Shown here: positions 37,801 through 50,400 of the stretch, piece by piece
Layout of the letters: each line of letters starts with the position of its first letter
How positions within the stretch are numbered: the stretch's first letter is position 1
Assembly (NCBI RefSeq): GCF_037042905.1
Contig: NC_087252.1
Span: forward strand, 992,001 to 1,054,000
DNA: 62,000 bases
Reading direction: 5' to 3'
Source: Lytechinus pictus
Taxonomy: Eukaryota
Notes under the pieces: model-generated
Database searches by the model: none
What the model was told of the DNA's origin: nothing
What the model saw: only the letters and a program-made list of their open reading frames with translations
Translations under genes and position numbers: made by a program

Positions 37801-40800
37801 TTATCACTATGTGAGGGTCGGGGAATGCATCTGGTTTACATCGAATCGGAGCAAGAACACGATTTCTTAGCCCTTAACCTCCAAAATGGCGGCCACTACT
37901 GGATAGGTCTCTCACACATGACATGGCAAGATGGATCAAGCCCTGTATACAACAACATCCCAGATCAGAACTATGAGTTCGACGATGGGGGAAGCTGTTT
38001 CCAAGCAGCCTGGAGTTTTGGCTGGGAAGACATTAGCTGTTCCGACATGCATTATTACATCTGCGAGAAAGAAGGTGGTATCTTGATCTTGACCCTATTC
38101 TGATAACTCAAAAGCAACTAGATAGAAATATAGAGGATTGCTGAGGCTTAAATAAAAGAGAACAATCGCATATATAGTTCCAATCAAATCATATTATCAC
38201 CCCCCCCCCCCATCTAAAATATAGATCGACGCACCTGCGTGATGCTCTTGATTAGCACCCGGCATGCCTGAAGAATATTGCAATCACTAAATGAGTTCCG
38301 AGAGAGTGGAACTTAGCACTCTGTTTTTTAAATAAAGTTTAACTGATCATCTCAACGATAATCATTCAACAAAGAGATGGAATTTGTTACGGGATTTCAA
38401 GTTTTTATGTATCTCTGCATTCATTGCTTTTAGGTTTGCACAAGAGAAGTGGGCAGTCAAAGGTTAGGCTTCAACAAGTGCTGTAAAAGCATTATGCTCG
38501 TAATGATAATTATTGTTATCGAATTTCTGTAGTTTGTTTGTCAGATATCCTCTCATACGGCGGATCCTGCTACCACTTCGTCCACACCATGTCCAACTTT
38601 TCCTCTGCAAAATCATCATGCGAATCAGTTTCTGATTCGCATCTCGTCTATATCGGCTCGCCGGAAGAACAAGACTTCCTTGAGAGGGAGCTTCCAGACA
38701 TGGCGGAGGGATACTGGATTGGTTTATCCAGTGTGACCTGGCTTGATGGTAGTAGTCTCACCTACAACAATTTCGGAGGACCTTATGTTTCACAGTTTAA
38801 TGATGAAGGGGTTGCTTTCCGAATATTAAAGGGTTCTCGAGCATGGTACGATGTGAGTTACAATGGGAATTTCCGCTACATTTGTGAAAACGAAGGGGGT
38901 GAGTATGATAATAATCATTTTTTTTTTTTTTGGGGGGGGGGGCGTGTTTACATTAGTACCACTTTACTGTTAATACCATCTTATCTCTGTGCTTCATCAG
39001 AGATGTCGGTGTCCACTAACTTGCATTTTTATGGCCCTATGCTTAATGGCATGCATGGTCGGTTCTGTAGACATTTATACAGTGCGTATCAAAAAAAAGT
39101 TTACACTTTGAAAAAGCCCTGGGAATTAAAAAATATACAACATGTGGGTAATTTTTTCACATATAATTTTGGGTTTGGGTCTCATCTAGACATTATTCAG
39201 ACCAGACGAGACATTATTCATAATCGTGATATGCGCTATACAAGAACTGTTTATTATTATTATTATCTATCCAATGAAAGTAAAAGTTTTGACGGAATGT
39301 TACACTAGAGTGAGCACTGTCCATTTTTGTAAAGCTCGCAGAAATCTGTTTGCGGAGAAATGCTTGTTTTCACCGCTGTGTCAAGGGGAAAGGGCAAAAT
39401 CAAACTTACCCTGCTAAACATTTCTCATACATTTCCCTTGCACTTTTAGTCAATTGAAATAAAACGGATACATTCAATCATTTTGTAACAATTTTGCCAC
39501 CCAAATTTAAATTTCAACACTTAGTAAGCACAACCTTTACCCTTTTTGTGCCAGCTGGATCTGAGGACATAACTGAATCTGAACAAAAGTTTATATCAGA
39601 CATCTCCAGCATTTTTTCACTAAGTTTTTATCATTTTAAGTGGGTTTACATTTCATTTATCATTTAATACTTGTTTTTCCACACTTCTCCCAAGCTTGAC
39701 AATGATTAACAAAATGAAAATCAAGCCTAAGCCATTTCATGTAAATCACAGCTCAGTGTAAAGCAAATATCGTCACGATGGCCTCGGTGTGTGGGGAAGT
39801 GGGGTGAGGTGAAATGCACTTTTTGAAGTGTTTTGGGCAAAGAAACAAGTCAAGAAAGGTAAAAGATATCTTCAAATAAATTTTACTAGCTGAATTCCAC
39901 GTGTTCTTCATGATTAAGGTCTACTTTTATTCGCATACCTATTTCAAAGTTCTGCGCAAATCATTTTTCACTAACTTTTCAAAAGTAAGTGGTGCTCACT
40001 CAAGCAGAAATATTTTTCGACAGTTATATCGTCATTTGCTTAAATGGATCTGTACCAATGTTGAAATGTGGAAAAATCTTCAGGATATTACAAATGTATA
40101 ATTTTACAGGATTTTTTCAAAGTGTAAACTTTTTTTTGATACACTGTATAATTCGATATTCTTCCTTAATTCAGCTTTTTCGATTGTGAGTTCTCTATAA
40201 TCTGTAAGTTGTATTTGATTAGTTTAGCAATTACCTGAATAATACCACGTGGTCAGTCCATCTTCTCTATAGATCATCACAATGTTGTCTTTGTTTTGGC
40301 TGATTAGAAGGTCTTTGTTTTGGCTGATTAGACGGTCTTTGTTTTGGCTGATTAGAAGGTCTTTGTTTTGGCTGATTAGAAGGTCTTTGTTTTGGCTGGT
40401 TAGAAGGTCTTTGTTTTGGCTGGTTAGAAGGTCTTTGTTTTGGCTGATTAGAAGGTCTTTGTTTTGGCTGGTTCGACGGTGATTCGTTCCTTTATCCATT
40501 TTATTTAACACAAGCAACAAAACTGTAATCTTTTGTTATTTTTTTCCAATATGCAAAAATCTGCACAAAGTTTGCTCAATAAAGCCAACACGATTCGTAT
40601 AAGTGGTTCAAGAATTATCTAACCGGGCGTTCACAGTTCGTTTCACTTGATTGTAATATTTCTGAACGTAAACCTGTCCTTTGTGGAGTTCCACAGGGCA
40701 GCATTCTTGGTCCACTTTTGTTCATTACTTATATAAATGATATTGATATGTCATCTAGATTGCTTCAATTTATACTTTTCGCTGATGACTCTAATATATT

Positions 40801-41763
40801 TCTGTCGCACCCCGACCCAGAGCAATTGACGCAAATATTTAATGACGAACTAAAAAATGTGTCTAATTGGATAACAGCTAACAAACTCTCTCTTAACCTA
40901 GAAAAAACTAGCTACATGCTATTTAGCAACAAAATTACGAGTGTACCAAAAGATGTAATTTTAAATGATATTGTCATTCAAAGAGTGCGATCTACTAAAT
41001 TTTTGGGACTGATCATTGACGAAAAACTTTCTTGAAAAGCACATATTGATAATATTTGTAAAATCATTGCTCGCAACATCGGTGTCATTAGAAAATTAAG
41101 TTACTTCTTACCCCATTATATTTTGTTATTGTATTCAACGTTAATTTTACCTTATTTGAATAACGGAGTTGTTGCGTGGGGTAATGCAGCGAATTCTCAA
41201 ATTAATGGACTTTTTATTTTACAAAAAAGAGTGATTCGTATTATTAGTCATGCAGAATTCAGGGCACATACAAATATTCTGTTTTTGAGAAATAAAGTCT
41301 TGAAGGTTAAAGATTTATATTCTTTTCAACTCGGACAGTTAATGTTCAAGTTTATCAATAAACAATTACCGTTACCTTATAATAATATGTTTGTAAAAAA
41401 TGATACAATTCATAAGCACTTCACTCGCCAGGCGAGTTCCTTTCATTTACCTCTGAATAGAACATCGTTTGCACAGAAGACATTTGTTTTTACTGGTCCA
41501 AAATTATGGAATTATTTTTCAAAGGATATTATACAATGTAATTCAATACACAATTTCAAAGGAAAACTTAAAAAATATCTTCTGAATTCATATTAGATTA
41601 TCGTTTTTTCCCCAAAGTAATGTAATTCAGAACTTAATATGTAAATGTGTTTATTAATTTCTCTTTGTATATATGTTTAATCGTTTTATGTTTTATGTAA
41701 ACAGTGTATACTGAATCATTTATTTTTATTATTATTTTCTTTTTATTTGTTTATTTTTTATTC

Positions 41764-41803
<40 letters not shown>

Positions 41804-44433
41804 GTTTATTTCTTTATTTCATCTTATTTTTTATTTATAAAATTTACTTATAAAAGGGGGCCTTCACCATACAAGCTCTGCTTTTTAGTTGGTCTCCTTC
41901 CCTTTCGATTTCATGGTATTATTGTATTATAAAGAAATGATTTAAATGTTATATTTTGTAAATATGTATATTGAACTATCATTGTAAATGTAAAAAGATT
42001 GAAAGAGAAAATAAAATGAATTGAATTGAATTGAAGTCAGAATTCCATGCGACAAAGCAGAGTATCTTTGAATACGACGATTTCCATAACTCGATTATTC
42101 AGTTAGTTCTAACGACAATGAAACTCACCTAATATTCTCCCGAAGCTGCCTGTGGTGGAGATGACATCGGACACAACGGTTCGTGCTACCACTTCTCAGC
42201 GGTGACCTCCAGGTTCCCTGAATCAAGATCTACCTGTGAAGGACTCGGGATGCACCTGGTTTTCATTGGATCTCAAGAAGAGCAGGACTTCCTTGTCAGC
42301 AACTTGGTAGATACCGAAGAGTACTGGATCGGTCTGTCCAGTATGGTCTGGCTTGATGGCTCACATCTCGTTTACAACAATATCCCATACCATGACTATG
42401 CCTTTGATGACGAGGGAAAATGCTTCAGGATGTACCCATCGGACCTTGTGTGGTACGATAAGAACTGTTCCGATAGCTATCATTACATTTGTGAGAAAGA
42501 AATCGGTGAGTAGGAGGAATGCTAATTGTGGATCGAGGGCAGTTGATCAAGGGGGGGGGGGGGGGCTCCTATGAAACCTCTTTTAAAAAGGAAATTCCAA
42601 TGAAGGGCATTTCCTGGGGGTCCTGACAAGTCAAGATTTTGTGGTGGAAATGTGGGCCTGCTATTTCTGGTAATTCCTTGATCTGTTTTGAGAAATCCTT
42701 AACGAGACAACAGATGCTTGCCTACCACTTTACTTTTAAAATGGAATCAACTTCATGATAGTCGCCAGATATCACAGATAAGCATATAATGATATTCCCA
42801 TTACATTTTGATGATTATATATTTATGAAGTTATGAATATAAGCATGACAATGGTTTAGAGTTTCAAATTGCTTTGAACTTAGATACCTTTAATGTCGAA
42901 ACGAAGTTCTGCAAGTATTTAACAATATATGCACATCTACCCCGATTCGAAAACTAAACCTGCGTCACTTGTTTCAATTAAGTCCGGTTGCATAAAAAAT
43001 GCAATCAAACTATGTATAAAAAGTAAATCGCATCTTAATTTTCAACCCATCAGAATGCCACATTTAGGATATGCGCTTGATTAAATCCATTCAAACAAGT
43101 TTTTTGGCATATAGGTCACCACGGATTCCGTGCAGTCTCTGGCAATTTTGCAATACTTTGCAAGCTATAAAAATGATATCAGTTATAAATAAAGTTGAGT
43201 TATAGCTATAAAAAGGCAGTCATCAAAGCAATAAAGCTGTTCTCAATGAAATATCTATTTCAATTAATGTTTGACAGATGACCAAGAACCAACTTCGACG
43301 GTACAGCCTTCATCCGATCAAGGTATGCTGTGCACTTCCAACAAAACTAGTTCCGGTTCTGTGCTGTCACGTGGTTTGCAATTCAGTGTGATAGATCATC
43401 ATTGATCATAACATTCCACCTTGGCTATGATCAAAGGAGTTGATTATAGAGATAGGGCCTGTTTTTTGTATAGTTTTGTTGAACCTCGCCATGCTCACGA
43501 TAGGGAGTTTTCGCTTTTACTTCGGGGAAACTATCTACAACGCATCGATTCCTTTGAAAATGCAATTAAAATCAAAATGGAGAGCTGAGAGGCGGTTGTC
43601 GAAAGTTGGTGGACTGGGCCGGCAGATCATCCGATGATTTACCGCGGAAGAACAATTTACCGTGCAAATTACATGTACGTCGTTGTCCAGAGTCAAGAGA
43701 TGCTGCCCCGGTCCATCAACATTCGACAAAAGCCTCTCAGCTCTCTTAGTCATTTGACTTGCATTTTCAAAGGAATTTGTGCGTTGTAGCGAGTTTCCTC
43801 CTAAGAAATGCGAAAAGTCCGGATTGCACTTCGGAAGAACATATTGTGGACTTGCGTGGTACGTGCTGGGGTCGTTCAAACGAGTACTGCACAGCAAGCA
43901 ATAACAACAACAAATTATAATAATAATAAGTCAGGGAAAAATAAAACAAAAATATTGGTGAATATTTGACGAAAATTAGCAAATTAAAGAGTAATTAAAT
44001 TAATGGATTTGAAAACTATTAATGTAACAGTTGAAGACTGAGAGACACAAAGTATTTTATAACACTTAATCAATGGCGCCAATCACCGAGACTGCCACTC
44101 CTCAGGGAAATTATTATCGGCTTATCTCAAATTTCATTGACTTTGTTTTTACGTTTCGTTTAACATTTATCCTCCACAGCCCGCAGTAGATCGTCATTCA
44201 TCAAACTTATCGCCGTCAACTCGTCGCTCACCGGAAGTCACGTGATTGCATCTCATAGCGTTCATTCTGTTACTAGATGCGCCAATTTATGTCTTGATGT
44301 AGAAACATGCTCATGTTTTACGTTCATCGAACACGAGATGGCGTGCTTACTTGGAGTAACTTGTGTGGTCGAAGACGACCTGAACTTTATCGCACAACAA
44401 GGGGCTATAACATACTCCCAACTACATCTTTGA
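31736..44433 (+). CDS. Secreted 4x C-type lectin domain + PAN/Apple-like protein, paralog 1; join(31736..31805,36507..36857,37721..38077,38533..38898,42146..42505,44180..44433), ~585 aa
   Basis: Signal-peptide exon, four phase 1-1 CTLD exons (GSCY, C..GMHLV.I, EQEFL, WIGL, W.DG, CF, W.D..C, YICE) and a terminal PAN-like exon (CANLC..CSCFTF..C); AATAAA downstream. The exon 3 donor is 38074 or 38077. Confidence 0.85.
32077..32596 (+). mobile_element. Crypton-like non-autonomous element with long 3' hairpin
   Basis: 5' ttatatcctac pairs with internal gtaggatataa (32404); long imperfect hairpin 32415-32594 with apex CCCTCGGGGCTTCGCCCCTCGGG. Family assigned by structure only. Confidence 0.55.
32597..36225 (+). 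mobile_element. Second Crypton-like element, split by the 3.1-kb fold-back
   Basis: Terminal hairpin 36058-36225 with apex CTCGGCTCACGCCTCG and stem acaaatagcgaat / attcgctatttgt. Confidence 0.55.
32931..36057. mobile_element. 3.1-kb AT-rich fold-back element, TATG...CATA ends, 6-bp TSD CACAAA (IS3EU-like non-autonomous), internal 31-bp satellite
   Basis: TIR of >200 bp starting TATGAGGCGCCGAATGTACC; TSD at 32925-32930 and 36058-36063; unit cattatttataaataatcattatttgttttt. Confidence 0.85.
36507..36857 (+). CDS. Paralog 1 CTLD exon A
   Basis: ACAPSLIQHRGSCYHF...WIGLSGFSWMDG...HICEK, donor GTGAGT. Confidence 0.9.
37000..37790 (+). repeat. Degenerate ~180-bp tandem duplications of the intron/exon-B junction
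   Basis: tgtagcc(t)..gc.gatcag/aa.gac..gga.ca.gctgg motif at ~37095, 37178, 37353, 37540 and 37716. Confidence 0.75.
37721..38077 (+). CDS. Paralog 1 CTLD exon B
   Basis: CADQNDMEHAGSCYHY...WIGL...YICEK. Confidence 0.88.
38533..38898 (+). CDS. Paralog 1 CTLD exon C
   Basis: CLSDILSYGGSCYHF...YICENEG, donor GTGAGT. Confidence 0.9.
39080..40146 (+). mobile_element. Tc1/mariner-type non-autonomous element, TA TSD
   Basis: TA|CAGTGCGTATCAAAAAAAAGTTTACACTTTGAAAA ... TTTTCAAAGTGTAAACTTTTTTTTGATACACTG|TA. Confidence 0.85.
40287..40475. repeat. 24-bp minisatellite (gtctttgttttggctgattagaag), ~8 copies
   Basis: Seen directly. Confidence 0.92.
40596..42034 (+). mobile_element. 5'-truncated CR1/L2-group LINE (RT C-terminal half and 3' UTR)
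   Basis: [49 protein letters not shown] followed by (GAATT)n tail. Confidence 0.88.
42146..42505 (+). CDS. Paralog 1 CTLD exon D
   Basis: ACGGDDIGHNGSCYHF...YICEKEI, donor GTGAGT. Confidence 0.9.
43501..43820. mobile_element. MITE-like repeat (GGGAGTTTTCGC...GCGAAAAGTCC)
   Basis: Imperfect TIR, including ctacaacgca..ttcctttgaaaatgcaa / ttgcattttcaaaggaa..tgcgttgtag. Confidence 0.55.
44180..44433 (+). CDS. Paralog 1 terminal PAN/Apple-like exon
   Basis: Acceptor ccacag, RCANLCLDVETCSCFTF..ACLLG, TGA at 44431. Confidence 0.82.
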
Positions 44434-44641
44434 GAATACGATATTACAATAATGCTTTCAAATTTTAAGTGGTTATAAATAAACTGTGCATAGATATTAG
44501 ACCGATGAATAAAGAGATCGAGTCGGTTGTAGACTAAATGATTATTAGACTAAGTGAATAAACCAAGACAAGTAGACGGTTGAACAAACTGGTCAGGGAC
44601 CAAAGTGGCCTTGAGACGAAGTGGCAATTAGACCAACAGGT

Positions 44642-45099
44642 CCGGGGGGGGGGCAGTCAAATGTATTGCTGTACACACGCGTGGCCAAATTATTTCAAAA
44701 TACCCCCTTAACCAGTTTTTCTCTGTGTGCAAAATAACCCCCTAAACAAGTTTTTCGCGGGCTTTATTTACACATTTTGGCCCCTAAACAAGTTGTCGCC
44801 AGAATATGACCCCGGGTAAAAGGCTTGGACAAAAAAAATGCAATAAATACGTTTGGCTAGTCTTAAAAAAAGCTTTGAAAAAAATACATACCCTAAATAT
44901 GTTTGACCCTGCGATTGACAATTGACCAGTCTTTTCAAAACTACCCCTTATTTTTGATAATCGGTGTTTTTGATACCCTTAACAAGTGCACGCGCGGCCC
45001 GCGTCCAATACTGAAAAAACACCCCTTTAAACGCGTTTTTTTTGGGGGGTCACGTGTTTGTACAGCAATATATTTGACTGCCCCCCCCCCCCCCCCCGG
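44642..45099. mobile_element. CCGGGGG-terminated MITE
   Basis: TIR ccggggggggggcagtcaaatgtattgctgtaca / tgtacagcaatatatttgactgcccccc..cgg. Confidence 0.8.
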
Positions 45100-45271
45100 C
45101 AACGGAGGTAATACATGCTACTGCTGACAGGCCTGAGGATTATTATTTTTCTTTTAATTGGCAGGACGATTAATTTTTTTTCTCATGTATTAAATTAGTT
45201 TAATGTGCAGTTGGCATGGTGGGGGACGAAAGACTTTTGACGGTATATAGGATCCTTGAAGAGACCCAATA

Positions 45272-45606
45272 TGTGATATGACTGTCGTGCACATTTTAGT
45301 AGATATACCAAAATATGCACAGCAAATTCTCTTCATTTGCATTTTGTCGTGTTTGTTTTTAACATTATTCTTATATCGTATCCATGTTATACTTAGTCAC
45401 TGACATGATGATCTTGTTTTAGCCTGGCTTCTATTCATTCAGTCAAGCATTTTGATTACGATGACTGGCCTCTGCATGCATTATCATCACTTGTACTTGT
45501 TTATTTATGGATTTTATCAATGAAATTATTTATTGTAATCTAAATGTTGCGTTGCAATATGATAGAAATGTTGGTTTTATTCGCTATCGCAGATTTGCAT
45601 TTTTAT
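45272..45606 (+). repeat. Direct repeat, near-identical to 61672-62000
   Basis: tgtgatatgactgtcgtgcacattttagtagatatacc... at an offset of 16400. Confidence 0.9.
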
Positions 45607-45769
45607 TTAGAAATTAATTTAGAAACTCCTGCAAGCAATCAACATGATTTTGTTCATTTTCGATATTATGTGACACATAACATATTTAATCTTCCATAAA
45701 TTTAATCATGTTTAGTGATTGCTGATGTCGATTCTCTGCTTAAGTTTATCCACAATTGTCGCAATTAAA

Positions 45770-46002
45770 CACTGCAAAAACACCGGTGTTGATTTATCAC
45801 CAGCACAGAATCTATATATGTCCACACCAGAGAAGTGTTAAACAACACCAGTTTGGTTTTGGTCTAACACCAGATAGGTGTTTATACAACACCAATTAGT
45901 AGTAAAACAGCAATCCAAACTATTGTTGTTTCAATACTTCTCTGATGTGGACAAATATAGATTCTGGGGTGGTGTTAAATCAACACCTGAGTTTTTGCAG
46001 TG
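45770..46002. mobile_element. CACTGCAAAAA-type MITE, AA TSD
   Basis: TIR cactgcaaaaacaccggtgttgattt / aaatcaacacctgagtttttgcagtg. Confidence 0.8.
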
Positions 46003-47034
46003 AACGCCACACGACTGCTACATGAGCTTTCTAATATATTTTTTGATCAATAAAAGAAACCTAGTTTTCATTCACTTCGGTTTATTGTAAAACCCTCTCG
46101 TTAAAAGTGTGTGTGCATATGAGAGGGTGTGTATGTGTATCAATGATATAAATATCCTATAGAACTCTAAAATTTAGAATAGAGAAGTAAATGATTTTAA
46201 TTAAATGGATATTTGCCCAAACCACATTCGTATCATGGCACAACCAAGTACATGGAGAATAGATAGAGATTTGAAATCATTAATAAAGTCATGCAGGCAT
46301 ATTTATTCAGGTCACGAATCCCTTTTCGAGGTGGATATTTGATTTTAAACTGGTAGCTTGAGATGCAATGTGTGCAGGTAATATCCTGAGGAACTGCAAT
46401 TAGGTTGAGCGGGGCTGAAATTTGTTATATATTATTTATAATAAAAATACTCAGAGGCAAGAATCGTAGAGAGAATAATATTTCAACGAGAATTTCACGA
46501 ATTAGATTAATATTTGCTCAATACCGATTTCGTGGAATGATTCTCTTACATTCTCCTCGGCATGTGTCTTAAATAGAGATATATCAGCATTCTCATCACA
46601 CCTTCTCAAAAAGGGTGACGAGTATCCAGCAGAAGGAACATTTTTCACGAGAAGAAGAAGCTCATCCAGTTTGATCTCATAGTGAGTTTTGCAATTAACT
46701 CATTGATTTATGAGTTTTTTAATTACCATATACATCGTCTAGGGATCATTCGCTTCCGGTAGTCAATTCGATATTGAATCACTATTGTACTTTTGCTGAA
46801 GGGTGTACTTGGTGGTCATACGAGCAAGAATAAGTTGATTGATGCAGACATTCATATGTAATTCCTGATTTAATCTTTGTTAAATTCGTGAAAAAGACAA
46901 AGAGAGATAATTGTGATATGAGAACGATCAAATGGGAATAGGCTTAATGTTGTAAATGCCATGTAAGGTAGAATGACAGTGTGTGTGTTCAGGTGTATAT
47001 TCAAATTGATTCGGACTTCAATATTACACTCTAT

Positions 47035-47345
47035 GGCCCGTATTTTGAAGTCAGGTTTAACTTAGACCATGGTCTAACTCTGTACTAAAATTATGGGAAG
47101 CCAAAAGTGTCAAAATTTGTAATAATTTGTATGATTCTTATGGTTACTGTGCTCTTTCCTGATTCATCGATGGTGGAGATAATCATCTATTTATACTTCC
47201 TAGACAATTATGAATGATCTGAGAGCCAGAAGATGTGAAATATTATGTCTCTACTGTTAGTGATTTATGTAGCAATTGGCTATCTATACTTAAACTACAA
47301 CTTTAAACCGGAGTTTAAGTTAAACCTTACTTCGGAATAAGGGCC
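47035..47345. mobile_element. GGCCC-terminated (Harbinger-like) MITE
   Basis: TIR ggcccgtattttgaagtcaggtttaac / gttaaaccttacttcggaataagggcc. Confidence 0.75.
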
Positions 47346-47362
47346 AATGTTTTTATTTACAG

Positions 47363-47435
47363 ATGGAGCTGACGTCGTTGATTATTTTCGTTGTGGTGTT
47401 CAACCAACACATAACATTTACTCTTCAGCAAGAAG
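47363..47435 (+). CDS. Paralog 2 signal-peptide exon
   Basis: ttacag|ATG MELTSLIIFVVVFNQHITFTLQQE, donor G|GTAGGT. Confidence 0.72.
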
Positions 47436-50400
47436 GTAGGTACTAAACCTCATTGTACTTTTGCTCATTATGAAATACATTAAGATTCATATATTTCCCT
47501 ATAGATTCACAAGATCAATGACATAACCATTGCTCTGCATCAATGATCATCTATGAGTATCCCTATTTCATTTATCGTATATTTTCATTCATTAATTTAT
47601 CATTTTTAAATCATATCTTCTTCAGGTTATATCAAATGTCTTTTTAAAAATAATTTATGTGATATATATGACTATAGAAAAAAAACCAAGGATCCACATC
47701 TTTATTATTCTATAAAAGAAATAATACACAGTTTTTGCCATTATTGAATGCTTTCTTAAATTGATCTACAGGCAGTTGGTCTGTCAGTTGAGTGTACATA
47801 TAGCACTTTGAATAATAAACAGCATTGCCATTACATCAAATGTCCAGATGTTCTTAGTTCCATTTCGTTATTTTGCAACTTGTGCAATACACATTTTGAT
47901 CATAAACGATTCGTCTGATCATATAGACCATGGACAGTAGTAGGTCTATGTATAAAATATGTTGTGGTAAACCCCGGGGAGGGGGGCACTCACATACATT
48001 GGTGGTACAGGGACGTATCGCTTTGATGACCCCCTTTCCCAGACCTAATTTTCAGTTCCCTAGATACTCCGAATGACAAACGTTCCGTTCAGAAGCTGTC
48101 CCATCAAGACCCTTGTTACGAAACGTCTCCGTTCCCCAGCCCTGCCTAAATTGTCCAGCGCGAGCACCGCAAAACTATATTGCGGCAAACACGGCTTCAT
48201 ATTCCCTTTATTACAAGTACATATCAGATGAAATGAGAATATCTTGTCTTGAAATTATAAGGCGTGGTAAATCAATGATAATAATAATAACAAAAATGAT
48301 CTAAAAAAAAACAATAATAATTCGGCATATTTAGCAAAGATAGCCACTTCATTTCCGAAAACTGGTCTTCCAGCGGACCGTGCTATTATTATTACCCCAT
48401 GCTAATAGGTGTTAAAGCATGATTCAAGGATTTCTTTTCCTACCGGGTACCCATTCACCTCACCTGGGTTGAGTGCAGCACTATGTGGGTAAATTTCTTG
48501 CTGAAAGAAAACACGCCATGGCTAGGAATCGAACCCACGTCCTTCAGATTGAAAGCTGATAGTTATAACCACTACACTATACCACAACACCCCATGATAA
48601 TTATGTTGACCAGACTGAGGACGGCTAAGTGACATATGGTCAGACTATATGGGATGAGAGTAAATAAAAAAGAAGACAAACTGGATAAAGAACAAGTACC
48701 AAGTTACCATACTATCATCACTCGGACACAGTTACTTGGTTCAGACATTGGGGATCCTGGTCGGATTAAAATTATATTATGCATGGATTGAAATAAAATA
48801 CATTAAAAAAAAAGATATTTCTCTTACCATGACCAACACAAAGGCTAGTTGGTCGTAGGTAGATACACCTCCACCTTCCCCCGACCAAGATACTCCTGGA
48901 AATCAGATCTGACCTTTCTGCCGACTAGGTCTCCTCCGATCAAAAGAGCCTTGTCTTGGTAAGAGAAATATTTTTGGAATTTTAAAGATCAAATCAATCA
49001 ATCAGTACTTTGTTGTTCAAAATAAAGATCTGAGAATAGAAATATTCCGAAAATCCATTGTGCCTAATTGTTTGTGGGCCCGGCAGCCACTGTGCAGCGC
49101 CAGGTCGACGACAGTCCATGTATAATATGATTTAACTTCGAAAAGGATCCCACGCGTCTGGACGAGGCTATAGATTTACCCGAGCTTTCTTTACCTTCAC
49201 GTTTGTTGCCAGCATGCGAATCACATCTCACTGAATTCGAAGGATCATGCTATTACTTCGCTCAAGGCAAAACCAATTTCTCGACGTCTAGGACATCTTG
49301 TGAGGGTCTTGGGATGCACCTTGTCTACATAGACTCCAGATCGGAACAAGAATTCCTGGTGAACACCATGCAACGGGGTAATACATCCTGGATAGGGTTG
49401 TCCGCTTTGGTCTGGCTGGACGGGTCAGGTCTTAGCTATAGTAACTTCGGACGTGGGGCATTCAATGATGGTGGACATTGCTTCAGGATGAAAGAATCTG
49501 ACGGCAGATGGTATGATAGAAGCTGTTCTGTCGCGTATAGATTTATCTGTGAAAAACAGGGCGGTAAGTAATCGGTTTTGGTGGTGTAACATATGCATAA
49601 AGAGAAATACAGACCTGCATCATGACTGGTTTCCCCTTTATTTTCATTTGAAGTATTTCAGGCAAATCGGAAATAAATAATGAAGTAATATGATTACTTT
49701 TAGGCCCACGTTAGCGATAAGGTAATGAAGAAGAGGGATATATACGCCATTTAAGAGTTTAATGTGAAGGAATTGAAGAAGCCAATTCCAACTTGGGTTC
49801 GCATGGAGTTTATGTTATCTAGGATTACCATTTCCATTGTGGATTCTCAACTTAACAATAACTTTTCCTCGATTTTTTTCTCCCTGTCTCTCTATAATTG
49901 TGTCTGCCTGCACGTCTGTTTGCCCCCGCCCCTCCCCGCAAAACATACAAAAAAAAAAAAATCAGCATGTGGTCAGGACTTACCTCTTCTTCATGAGGAA
50001 AACGCAGGCTCCTGCTACCACTTCTCAACAAGCGAGGCCAGTTTTAGTGCCTCGGTGACTCGATGTGAGGACCTGGGAATGCATCTTGTCTGCATCGAGT
50101 CGCTAGAGGAACAAGATTTCTTGCGATCGAACCACCGTGACGACTACTGGATAGGCATCTCACCAATAACCTCGTTGAATGGCTCAACTGCCACCTTCAA
50201 CAATGTTCCCGATGAGTATACTGAGTTAGCACATGGAGGGCAGTGCTTCCAGGTGGAATGGAGTTTCGGATGGGAAGACACTGACTGCTCCAACATGCAC
50301 TATTATATTTGCGAGAAAGGTGAAGGTGGGTGATCTGATGTGATTCGAAACAAAATTTGAAATGTGATAAAGATGATAAAGACAACATTAATACAAGGTT

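Noticed and set aside
40224..40520. SQNKDLLI repeat protein
   Set aside because: Translation of a 24-bp minisatellite within an intron.
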